A DNA stretch of 64,000 nucleotides. Source: Macrostomum lignano. Lineage: Eukaryota. Within the stretch, counting starts at the first letter, position 1. Each line of letters starts with the position of its first letter. The stretch is from the NCBI GenBank assembly GCA_002269645.1, contig NIVC01000185.1, positions 27,169 to 91,168 of the forward strand, read 5' to 3'. This document shows positions 36,575 to 47,840 of the stretch, piece by piece. The notes beneath the pieces were generated by a model. That model made no database searches. It was not told the origin of the DNA and was given only the letters and a program-made list of their open reading frames with translations. Made by a program: the position numbers and the translations under genes.

Positions 36575-36905
36575 CACCCTGACGATCTGAGCTGCTCACC
36601 TCCACGCCCTGACGATCTGAGCTGCTCACCTCCACACCCTGACGATCTCAGCTGCTCACCTCCACACCCTGACGATCTGAGCTGCTCACCTCCACACCCT
36701 GACGATCTGAACTGCTCACCTCCACACCCTGACGATCTGAACTGCTCACCTCCACACCCTGGCGATCTCAGCTGCTCACCTCCACACCCTGGCGATCTCA
36801 GCTGCTCACCTCCACACCCTGACGATCTCAGCTGCTCACCTCCACACCCTGACGATCTCAGCTGCTCACCTCCACACCCTGACGATCTCAGCTGCTCACC
36901 TCCAC
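36575..36905. repeat. 30-bp minisatellite (TCCACACCCTGACGATCTCAGCTGCTCACC)
   Basis: About 11 tandem copies. Confidence 0.97.
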
Positions 36906-37784
36906 ATCTCAGCGAAAGGTTCACAAACCATGAATGTGGGAATGATGACTCGCAACAGTGCAACTGAGTAAAAGCCTAATACTATTTTATCATAGCCTTT
37001 TTGAAGCCGCGCTTGCACGAGAGTCCAGGAATATTTACGGATAATATTTTAGCTTGAAAACCTTTTACGAAGCAAAACTCAAGAGAGGTTTTAACACACC
37101 CGGACCAGCCAATATGCCTATAATAGCTTTTTACTGCAGGCGTGCTGTACATAGCCGTAAACCTATCCCTTAATATTGGGATCAACCTGCAAGGAATCCT
37201 TAGAGCCTTTGACATTTTCGCTTTAATTCCAAAAGGAGCTTCCGCAAATGAAAGCCTTGTAAAATATTGATTTCTTATGCTTTTTTAGCTGTCACAATTA
37301 ATTATTTCAAACAAGCGCTTTTCACGCGCTTTGGCCCTGTCGTAAATATACCTGTTGTACCGTTCCCGGCGCAATAACTTCGGTGTAACATGGAAAATAT
37401 ATGAAATTCCTGCAATAATAAATGTTGCTAAATAGTCAGAAGTTAAATATGACCAGTGAACTTTCTTAATTTTTGAAGAAAAATTGTGAAATTAACTTTT
37501 CAGTGAAGTGAGGACAGCGACTTGAGCCTGAGCACCGAATTTCACCATGCAGTTTAAAATAAAAAAACGCAATGGGATTGAATTATCTCTTGCTGGCTAC
37601 TACAAGTAGAGGTCTTAGAAAAGTTTTGTAAATATATACATGGCAGAAAGAAATGCATATATTTTTTATATTTGTCTAAAATGCACAGATTAGATAAAGG
37701 TAGTCATGATTTAAGCAGGATGAGCAACTTTCCACGAGTCAATTATATAAGGTAGAAAACTGCAATCACATTGGCTTGAAATAT

Positions 37785-38365
37785 TGGTGCGCGCTTGTGT
37801 CATTATGGAGCTTTATGCGCGCTTGTGCCATTACGGAGCTTTATGCGCGCTTGTGTCATTACGGAGATTTATGCGCGCTTGTGCCATTATGGAGCTTTAT
37901 GCGCGCTTGTGTCATTACGGAGATTTATGCGCGCTTGTGCCATTATGGAGCTTTATGCGCGCTTGTGCCATTACGGAGCTTTATGCGCGCTTGTGTCATT
38001 ACGGAGATTTATGCGCGCTTGTGCCATTATGGAGCTTTATGCGCGCTTGTGTCATTACGGAGATTTATGCGCGCTTGTGCCATTATGGAGCTTTATGCGC
38101 GCTTGTGTCATTACGGAGATTTATGCGCGCTTGTGCCATTACGGAGATTTATGCGCGCTTGTGTCATTACGGAGATTTATGCGCGCTTGTGTCATTACGG
38201 AGATTTATGCGCGCTTGTGTCATTACGGAGATTTATGCGCGCTTGTGCTGTTACGGAGGTTTGTGCGCGCTTGTGCTGTTACGGAGCTTTATGCGCGCTT
38301 GTGCTGTTACGGAGGTTTATGCGCGCTTGTGCCATTATGGAGCTTTATGCGCGCTTGTGCCATTC
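37785..38365. repeat. 28-bp minisatellite (ATGCGCGCTTGTGCCATTACGGAGCTTT)
   Basis: About 20 copies starting just 3' of the ankyrin gene stop codon. Confidence 0.97.
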
Positions 38366-38376
38366 CGGCGCGCAGG

Positions 38377-39465
38377 TCACCACAAGTCGCAGTCGTCTCC
38401 AAAGTCTGTGAAGCCTTGCTCGCCAGGCAAATCGTTGCAGGCGAATTCGGCCTCACCGCCAGCCATCGAAGCCGACAGCTCACTCGGTCGCCGGGGCCCG
38501 TCCAGCTGCTCGCGCTGCTGCAACAGGGACGCCTCGGTCTCCAGGCCCAGCAGGCGCTGGTGCAGCTCCGAGTGTCCTCCGGCCAAGGCGCAGTCGGCCG
38601 GCAGGCGTCCGGACGAGTCCTGAGCCACCGGGCTGGCGCCGGCCGCCAGCAGCACCTCCGCCGTGTCCGAGTGGCCGAACAGCGCTGCCGCGTGGAGGCA
38701 GGCGCCGAAGTGGCCAGCTGGGAATGGCCGGCCGCCGCAATTCAGGATGGCGCGCACCGCCTCCGTGTGGCCGGCGCGGCAGGCGCGGAGCAGGGCGGCG
38801 CCAACGGCGGCCAAGTCGGCGGGGCTGGCTGCGCTAGAAAACTCTGGCGCCGCGGACAGCAGGGCGCGGCACAGGTCGGCGCTGCCTCGCTGAGCAGCAG
38901 CCGACAGCGGAGTGGCGCCATCTCGGCGCGCCAGTAGTGGCCTGGCGCCGGCCGCCAATAGGAGCTGCGCGCACTGGCGCCGGTCGTGCCAGCAGGCCAG
39001 CTGCAGCGCCGTGGCGCCATCAGCGCCGGCACCGCGCCAATCAACGGGCGCCCCAGCCGACAGCAGCAGCCGCAGGCAGTCGGCGTGGCCGTTCTGAGCG
39101 GCCGCCATCAGGGGGGAGCCGCCGAGCCGGCCGCTGACAGGCAGGCTGGGATCGGCGCCGTTGCTTAGCAACAACTCGGCCAGGTCGGCGCGGCCCGCCT
39201 GGCAGGCGTAGAAAAGCGCCGTGGCACCGCTTCGCCGGCGCTGATTGACGGGGGCGCCGCGGCGGAGCAGGTCGCGCGCGATGGCAGCGTCACCGGCAGC
39301 GGCGGCCAACATCAGCGGGCTGGTGCCCTCCGGGTCGGCGCAGGAAGCCCTGGCGCGCCCGGTGTCCAGCAGGAGGGCGACGCGGTCGCGGCGGCCAGCC
39401 AGGACGGCTGCTAGCAGCTGGCGGGATTGACGGTCAAAGCTGGACTGCGGCTCCATTGTTGCCAT
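38377..39465 (-). CDS. ANKRD29: Ankyrin-repeat protein, ANKRD29-like (single exon)
   Basis: About 8 ankyrin repeats. LLLDTGRARASCADPEGTSPLMLAA...GAPVNQRRRSGATALFYACQAG...GGSPLMAAAQNGH...DGATALQLA follows the ANKRD29 pattern as recalled; orthology was not tested. Confidence 0.8.
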   Translation of the reverse strand: MATMEPQSSFDRQSRQLLAAVLAGRRDRVALLLDTGRARASCADPEGTSPLMLAAAAGDAAIARDLLRRGAPVNQRRRSGATALFYACQAGRADLAELLLSNGADPSLPVSGRLGGSPLMAAAQNGHADCLRLLLSAGAPVDWRGAGADGATALQLACWHDRRQCAQLLLAAGARPLLARRDGATPLSAAAQRGSADLCRALLSAAPEFSSAASPADLAAVGAALLRACRAGHTEAVRAILNCGGRPFPAGHFGACLHAAALFGHSDTAEVLLAAGASPVAQDSSGRLPADCALAGGHSELHQRLLGLETEASLLQQREQLDGPRRPSELSASMAGGEAEFACNDLPGEQGFTDFGDDCDLW

Positions 39466-42304
39466 GGTTACTCCGGTGTTGGCTCGTTGGACACTAGCTT
39501 AAAATAGGAGACAGCAGACACAATAAGATTGCAAGCTCATTTTGGATTTTCAAGTTGTTACATAAGAATTACATTTCTCATTACGCATTACAGTTGTTTG
39601 AAGTTGCCTCTACATCGCATTACAGTTGTTTGAAGTTGTTAAAAAGTTAATTCTCCAGAGTTGCTAAACTCACTAAACAGTTGTTCCTATGACTCTTTAG
39701 TGATTCTTGCCATAGTCATGTTTTCAACAAGCTGGGTCCAAATTGGGGATGCCAAATCAAAAACAAGAATGCCAATTGGCATGAGTCAAGATTTTCAAAA
39801 TCAACTCAATTACTGTCTCTATCATACTCTTTACACTACTGAGCCTCTGACCCACAGAAATTGTAGAAGTCTGCAGACTGCACATTTATAGATTACTCAA
39901 ACTTGGCAATTGATAGACAGTCTTAAAATCAGAAGAATATCAAAATTGACAAAACTGCTAATGCTTCAAATGGATTATAAATTGCAAAAAACCTAAATAA
40001 AATTATATCTATCTTGAAAAAACCAGGTGCCAATTTGGAATTTAGAGTCCAAAGATAATATATCATGATATATACTATGATATAACTTAGGCAAGACTAA
40101 GAATAAAATGAATTTTCAAAGCTTGAAACTATCCAATATATAAAGGGTAATTCCATGCAAGTTAAAAGCTAGTCCAAAATAATTTTTTTATTTTTTATTA
40201 CTTAGTTGGGCTTTAAATATATTTAGTCATGAATTTCAATGTATTATATTAATAATGCACTAGTTATCAACTTTTTGGTAGTATTTTTATAGTTTTGTAG
40301 CCAGTCATAAACCTTTTAAGGATTTTTAAGCGATATTCTCAACTACATGCATGATTATTTTAATTTAGTCCCTATAGGTATAGTATGATGTATGTTTATA
40401 GATAGGAAGAAAGTACTATAGGCAAATAGAATATGATCAAAATAAAAATTTTAATGATAGATAGAACTTAGTAATATAATATAATTTATTATAATATATT
40501 ATTTTTATATTATGATTATATGATGATTAATTTATGAATACAATTATAAAATTTATTGAAAACTTAAAACCCCAGGCTATGATGAGACCACAAATAGGAT
40601 GACTTTAAAACATTTGGCCTGTAGACAAAATATCGAAATCCGAGTTTTACGCTAGTAAATAAAAAGAAACGCTGGCAACTAACAAACAAGAATTCTTATC
40701 TTACTAGCTTGCTGGAGGAGAGACTAAAGACAAAGTATTAAGTTACCCTGATGTTTTAGTTGTAAATATTTTTTCATTCGCTTGCTTTCATCGAAATATT
40801 TTTAAATTAATAAGCTGCTTTTTTGCTCTTTAATCTCTTTCCTTATATGTTATATCATACTTATTTCATGTTCGAATTCCGGTCAAGCCAAAGGCCTGAT
40901 CCACTCGATCGAGTTTCTTATAAACTTCACAGTTCAAATAGTTGACGGGGAGAAACGTGCTTTGTAGACCTTCCGGGTTCATTAATAAAAAATTCAAAAT
41001 AAAATAATTATTGAAGTTCAACAAAAGTATTATCAGCCTTTTCAAATAAATTCTGCATAAAACAAGCTTTTAATCCGAGAGGGACTAAGAAGCATTATTT
41101 ATTACCATTTTTGTAGACATCAGCTTCAATTGGAGAATCATAAATGAATTGGATTTGTCTCAAGGACGTTCCTGCGACCTTAAAAAATACCATGCGTACT
41201 GGAGGCGATTAAATTTTTATTGCATACGTAGATTTTTTAAACGGGGTAATTAAGCAGCTGGGTTCACTCCATGGATTACTATACCGTATAACGCCATCGA
41301 CTGAAGACTATAACTTCACTTTGCTTCCACCTTTGTTTGTTTCACTTATAGTGTGCTACATGTACGTATATGTACATTGTCCTTATTTGTCCACGCATAG
41401 CAATAGCTCTGTAAAGTACTAAAACATTTCTGTTCTCTTGTCTCAACACTGCTTCGCCGCTGATGTGACAAATTTATAAGTAATGTAATATATCTATAGT
41501 GCACCCGATTGAGCAGGGCAAGAATTATAATTACGCCTCTCGCCCAACCAATTAGGGTGCCAAGATGTTTGGTTACCAGGAAGTTCGCAGTGACCAATAC
41601 AACCAGATGTGTGCTGCTGCTGTTCTTAGTCGATGACTGCTGCTGCTGTGGTGTAGATCTGGGGGAATATTATTGTGCCCGTTAGCTCATTTGGGGGTTG
41701 CAAGCAAGGCCTGGCCTGGAGTCTAGTACATGGAGAGGGCGTTTCAACGACGTTAATCAGGCGTTTTTGAGGGGCGGGCCATGCCGCCGCCTTTAAATGG
41801 TCTTCCAGCGGCTGATTTTTGTTATAACAAGCGTCTCGAATTTTTTGTTTGGACGAGCCCGAGATGACCAGCTCGATTCTGATTGGCTGAGCTCCAGACC
41901 CCGAAATCCTTTCCACCGGGCAACCTCTCAAACCCTTTGACACGTGAGGTCATAAATCATAAAACAGGGGAAAAGCTAGGCTAAAATGCCTCTACCAGAC
42001 ATCCTGGCACTAAAAAGTGACAGCTAGACTAGCATAAATAATTGTAAAATAATGTAAAAAACTGTCAAAATTTGGGAGAAGATATCAGAACTTCTCCAGA
42101 CTCATTAGCGTCAAGTGACTGGTAGTTAATCGTAAATCAGAATCAAAATAAAGAAGAAAAATCCAGAAATACAGTCTACTAGGAGTTAAGAAGAGAAAAT
42201 GAGAACTCAAAGCGCGATGCTAAGATTGAAAAAGTGATTATTTTGTTATACATTGCATGCTCTACATGTATTGCTTCTTTTATTTTGGAAAAAGTTGAAT
42301 ATCT

Positions 42305-42588
42305 GAATAATATAATAATGATAATTGATTACACCGCCCCAGTTGTGCAACCGACAGCTCAGCCGCAGCTATTGCACCGCGCATCTGAAGGCTGCGTTCG
42401 GCTGTTCAGTCCAAGGACTGGGGGGTCGCCACACACCCTCAATTACCCAGCTAATGCTGGGTGAACTGAAGCAATGTAGAATTAAGTGTCTTGCTCAAGG
42501 ACAAAAATAGTTCCAGTGGGATCGGGAATCGAACCCCCGATCTTCAAGTCATGAGTCCGACAACCTAGCCGCTATAGGCTACAACCCC
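42305..42588 (-). mobile_element. tRNA-derived CORE-type SINE, copy 2 (internal deletion)
   Basis: Homologous to 13608-13910. Minus-strand B-box GGGTTCGATTCCC and an AT-rich tail. Confidence 0.85.
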
Positions 42589-43570
42589 CTTTTAGCCTAG
42601 ACAGTCCAGGTGCACCAGTACAGGCTGAGCGCATCTATTGTTAGTTCTTAACCAGAAAGTAATCTGAAGTACTCGCAGTAAAAATACAGGAAATTAAGAA
42701 CAGGGTGTTCTGGGTACTTTCACATCATTAATTAAGCAAGAACAATAGAAACAGATTTAATTATTTTAAAGAATTTTGATCTAATGCCGGCGTTTTCAGT
42801 TTTTTATTTTAGCTAGCAACATGGATTTATGTTCTTAAAATTTTTCGCATTTTTTAAGTAAGTAATACACGAGTGTACACGAATTAAGTGCAACTGATTG
42901 AAAGTATTGAAGAAGATAGCAGTTATTGTTTTTCACACCCAGAATTATGAGTTATAAAAAGCGAGCATCAAAAATCAATAAAAGATTGCATCCGCTTAAA
43001 AATGTGGCCCGAAAATGTAGCATCATGCTGCTGGTTTTCCTGATAAGAGCGCTATTCAAATATTAAAGTTAACAGATTAGTATAGTGCCCATAAAGTTTT
43101 CCGAATCAGATCGAATTAAGTGTATAAACATCGCATTTTTGTTGCTTTTTTCTACCACAGATTCTAAAGTACATAGACAGGGCTAATCCAGCGTCTTTTT
43201 GGTCGCAGCGCAGCGCGAAAACCCCCCAGGTATGACCATAGACTATAGCTTCTGCTGCTCTCAAGACATTAGCAGCAGCTATAGTGTCTGTGGCCCTAAC
43301 CCCGTGGTTTTCGGGGCCTTCGATCGGTGACGGCCGCTAAATACATTGACAAATGCTGGAGTGATACATCTATCTAGGTACATAGAATCTGTCGTTTCCA
43401 CACTGATGAAGTCTTGCTTTTGTCAGCCAAAAAGCAACATTGAACTAGCTAGAGAATTGAAGCGGGTTAATATATTAAAGGCGTGCACACACTATTAGCT
43501 AAAAGTTAATACGCAGTAACAGTTTCACCAATCCATTGTCTTGGATGAAGTTTCTAGTCATCAATTGTCT

Positions 43571-46500
43571 CTATAACGCACTGCTGCCCATGTCCTCATC
43601 CAGGCTCATGCCGTACTGCATACGGCGTCTCCGTCGGCTCATGAAGCCACTCTGAGCTCCAGATTGCTGCTCCTGCTGTTGCTGTTGTTGCTGCTGCTGC
43701 TCCTGTTGCTGGCCATTGACTGTTTCTGCTCGTCGATTTCGCCTGCCAGCTTCGCCGCCTTCTCCTGCTTGCGCTCGGCTGGGGCTGCCAGTGGGTAATT
43801 GGAAAAGTGATAATTGTGCGAAGCGGAGGGAGTGGCTGTGTTCAGTTCAGGGTCGGCAAGCTCGGGCCCGCGGGGCGCATGCTTCCTGCCAAGCCTCTCT
43901 AACCGGCCCTCGGGTCCTTTGAAACTTCACAATAGCAATCCGGCCCGCTCAAGGTTTGCGTCTCTTCTCTCCTCTCCTCTCCTCTCCTCTCGTCTCCTCT
44001 CCTCTCCTCTCCTCTCCTCTCGTCTCCTCTCCTCTCCTCTCCTCTCTCCTCTCCTCTCCTCTCCTCTCCTCTCCTCTCCTCTCCTCTCCTCTCCTCTCCT
44101 CTCCTCTCCTCTCCTCTCCTCTCCTCTCCTCTCCTCTCCTCTCCTCTCCTCTCTCTCTCCTCTCCTCTCCTCTCCTCTCCTCTCCTCTCCTCTCCTCTCC
44201 TCTCCTCTCCTCTCCTCTCCTCTCCTCTCCTCTCCTCTCCTCTCCTCTCCTCTCCTCTCCTCTCCTCTCCTCTCCTCTCCTCTCCTCTCCTCTCCTCTCC
44301 TCTCCTCTCCTCTCCTCTCCTCTCCTCTCCTCTCGTCTCCTCTCCTCTCCTCTCGTCTCCTCTCCTCTCCTCTCCTCTCCTCTCCTCTCCTCTCCTCTCC
44401 TCTCCTCTCCTCTCCTCTCCTCTCCTCTCCTCTCCTCTCCTCTCCTCTCCTCTCCTCTCCTCTCCTCTCCTCTCCTCTCCTCTCCTCTCCTCTCTCTCCT
44501 CTCCTCTCCTCTCCTCTCCTCTCCTCTCCTCTCCTCTCCTCTCCTCTCCTCTCCTCTCCTCTCCTCTCCTCTCCTCTCCTCTCCTCTCCTCTCCTCTCCT
44601 CTCCTCTCCTCTCCTCTCCTCTCCTTTCCTCTCCTCTCTCCTCTCCTCTCCTCTCCTCTCCTCTCCTCTCCTCTCCCCTCCTTTCCCCACTTCCCACTTT
44701 ACTACAGCTTGAATATTCAAGCAGTTCAACCTAATATTTTTAATTGTTGTGCTTCGAGTGGCCGAAAGATGACAGAGGCGCCCAAAAGTCTACCTAATAT
44801 TTAGCATCCCTCCTGCAATTTAGAACAGCCAGTCAGTAACCCTACCGAGTGGTGTTCACAGCCTTGTCCTCCATCTGCAGCTCCTCCGTGGCCGTCTGTT
44901 GATCCCGACCGCTGCGGTATTGAGCCTCGAACTCAGTTTGAGTCGATGCGGACTCCATCTGAGCAGCTGCTGGGCAACTCCCGGAGGAAAACTGGCCAAC
45001 ATCTCTGGTCGGGGTGAAGTCAACAGACTCGAGCAGGAACTCAACCGGTTCTGTTTGAGTCTCGGTGCTCTGCAGCTCAGGTTGCTCCTCCTGACCAACC
45101 GTGTCAATGCTGTTCAGGCTGGAGAAGCTGCGGGCGGGTTACGGGAGGTGGCGACTCGCCCTGGGACTATGCAGCTTGCAACCTGTGCACTAAAGTAATG
45201 GCTAAAGTAAAATCAGACAGTCACGGGGGCAATCAGCTCAAGCAAGTGACTCAACTGTTGGCATCTATTTCAGCATACCAGTTTGCTGTTTGGGCGTGAG
45301 TTTCATAGAATTGTCACCACTTTGACTGCATACTCGCTGTTACACGTCTCCTTTGAACGCTAAGTTCTTCCCACTTGTGTTGCGGTTGTGTTAGTGCACA
45401 TGCTCGGCAATAGCAGGCTGCAGTACATTACAAAGGCAAGGAAAATTTAGCAAGCAAGCGAGTGATAAGACAAAATTTCCACTTTTCTAATTATTTTTCT
45501 TTCGGAGTCAGTCAGGAGTACATTTGTGGTATCTTTTCTTTATTGAAGAATTCAGGAACTTGAAACTTTGGTCCAAGTTCCAAGTTGCAGATGAAGAGTT
45601 TGCTTTTGTTGCACATAACTGGCTATGCATCTCAAAACCAAAATCAAGGAAACTTTACCTTTCATTCCTGGAACGCCTGAAATTGCAGTTTGATTTCAAA
45701 GGTGGGAAAATATTTCGATAATACGGGTATATGTTTTTAAAAAGCTCAAGTTTTCCACAACCTGCAGTGCTTTGCTAAAAACAAAACTCTTAAGCGAAGC
45801 AGTAAGCACGGTTTCTCAAAGTACGAGTAGGAATTAGTGGCGGAACAAAAGTGATTATTTGCGTTCTTTAGCGACTAAAAATCTACTGAAACCATAGCCA
45901 AACAAATGTCAAGCAATGTACTTTAACTTTGGGTCACCAGAGTAACAGAGTTTTCGGGAAGACCATCAGCTCTAGCTACTATACTAGGACTAATTCGTTC
46001 CTGTGTTTATTTACAAAGAAAACCCTGTCAACTTCGTAAACCTGTCAGTTTAGCATCTGAATCCATCTTTAATTTAATTTTCAGCAGTTGCACAGTGCAA
46101 TCAAACTGTGGAGATTTTTCCACCGGATAAGACATAAAAACTTGTAAAGTTAGGTCAGGACGAGTCACTACAGCCGCTGACATCAGGAAAGATTCCCTTG
46201 ATTGGCAAACCGACTTGTTGTAATTATAATTTCTGAACAGCAAACCGAGAATCCTATAGGCTGTGGAACTGCAAAATAAGAAACCTTAAAGCTGCGGATC
46301 TGGATACGCTACTCATTCTAACACAGATCCCATAAGCTGCTCGTGTGCTGTTTGGTCACAACATGAGCTCATGTAAGACTGATGTACGTAAAATCAAAAT
46401 ATAATAATCAGGCATTTGTACCTGGAATTGGAGATAATGCAAGACCGAAATTTGCTAGCATTTGGCTTGTCCATGTCCTGTATGGAGCCCAGCTCGATGT

Positions 46501-47840
46501 GGCCAGGTAGGAAACGAATCTCCTTGCTCATGGTCTTGGGCAGGTCTATTTGCATGGCCATGGACAGGGAGGAAAGTTTATCCTGAACCTCGCGCTTCAG
46601 CAGCAGCAGCTCGATATCCTTGCCTTGCAGAACAATCTCAGTTAGAGCGCAGGTGCTCTTCAAGGTCTCCAGGGCCGACTGCAGTTCAGCCTTCCGACCG
46701 ATCACCTCCATGGTCTGCTTGCCGTACAGATTGTGCACCTCGTCAATCAGCTGCTTCTCTCGATTACGAATCTGTTGACGGAGTGAGGGAATCGATTGAG
46801 ACGGCAATGATTGGCTGGACTGGGACAGACTTTGAGGGGTTCTGCTAGGCATCACGTGACGAAAAATGAAGAGTTACTAAGCACTGATTGGCTGGCTTGG
46901 AATGCAAAGTCTATGGTTGGGTCTGTCATCACTTGTCGTTTGCTTCTATTGAATACAAGGAGTAAAAGTAGGTGGAGAAAATTCGCATCCTCATATGCAT
47001 TATTGCAACATTTACATTACAAGCTACTGATGAAAGGCAATGCAGCTTCAATGTCGAGTTAACACAAGCTCTTACATCAGCGACAAACTCGATCGCAAGC
47101 TCGCGAATTTTCTTCTCCGCCTCGGTGATCTGTCTCTCCGTGCTGTTCACTCGCTCCATGTACTTTTCGTAGACGCCAATCTTCGACTTGCAGTCAGCGA
47201 GCACAGCTTCAATGTCGGCCTTGTACTTGACCACCGCCTCGCTGAAGTTGGACACCTCGTGCTCTTTGTGCTCGTTGAAGGCGCAGATGATGCACACACA
47301 GGCTTGGCATGGCTCGCAGTAGAAGCGGACGACCTCATCCGGGTGGTCCTTGCAGATGATGTCCTTCTCTGTTTCGACGTCAAATATCGCATGGTCGCGT
47401 GTCACCTTTGTCTCCTTGTGCTGCTCAACGCAGGCCCGGCAGAGCAGCTTGTTGCAGTCCAGGCACTTGCTGCTGGCCTGCTCCTTGGCCCGCCGGCCGA
47501 CCATCTTGCAGATGTCGCAGCTGGCCGAACTCGTACCAGACTTCTGCTGCCTGTCCATCGTGTCGGACAGGTTGGAGATGAGGAAATTGTCCGGCAGCTT
47601 CTTGGCGCCGCCGACCGGCAGCTGAGTCCGCTTCCGGCACAGCGGACAGGTGAACTCTCGATAATCTGAGTACTTCTTGTAGGCCGCCTCGGAGGCGATA
47701 TGGTTCTCGATACAGACCTCGCAAAATGTGTGCAGACAGGACAGACACTTAGGCGTCTTGAACGGGCTCATGCAGATCTTGCAAACCAAAAATTCGTCGT
47801 GAATCTCCTGCACAAGCTTGCCGGCTTGAGTTGTTGCCAT
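43571..47840 (-). CDS. TRIM/RBCC E3 ligase: RING, two B-boxes, coiled coil, disordered tail (536 aa)
   Basis: Exons 47076-47840 (CKIC...CLHTFC..C...CPLC RING; CDIC...CLDC...C..C..QH B-box1; CKDH...YCEPC..CVC..C...EHKEH B-box2), 46422-46771 (coiled coil), 44846-45127 and 43571-43784. Phases 0, 2, 2 are consistent and all junctions are GT-AG. Confidence 0.9.
43965..44680. repeat. (CTCCT)n/(AGGAG)n pentanucleotide microsatellite in TRIM intron 3
   Basis: About 700 bp near-perfect polypyrimidine/polypurine tract. Confidence 0.99.

Noticed and set aside
37776-38937. Cys-rich plus-strand ORFs (211-380 aa)
   Set aside because: Made of the 28-bp minisatellite plus the antisense of the GC-rich ankyrin gene.
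43814-44804. 256-306 aa SSPLL/EERRG ORFs
   Set aside because: Translations of the (CTCCT)n microsatellite inside TRIM intron 3.
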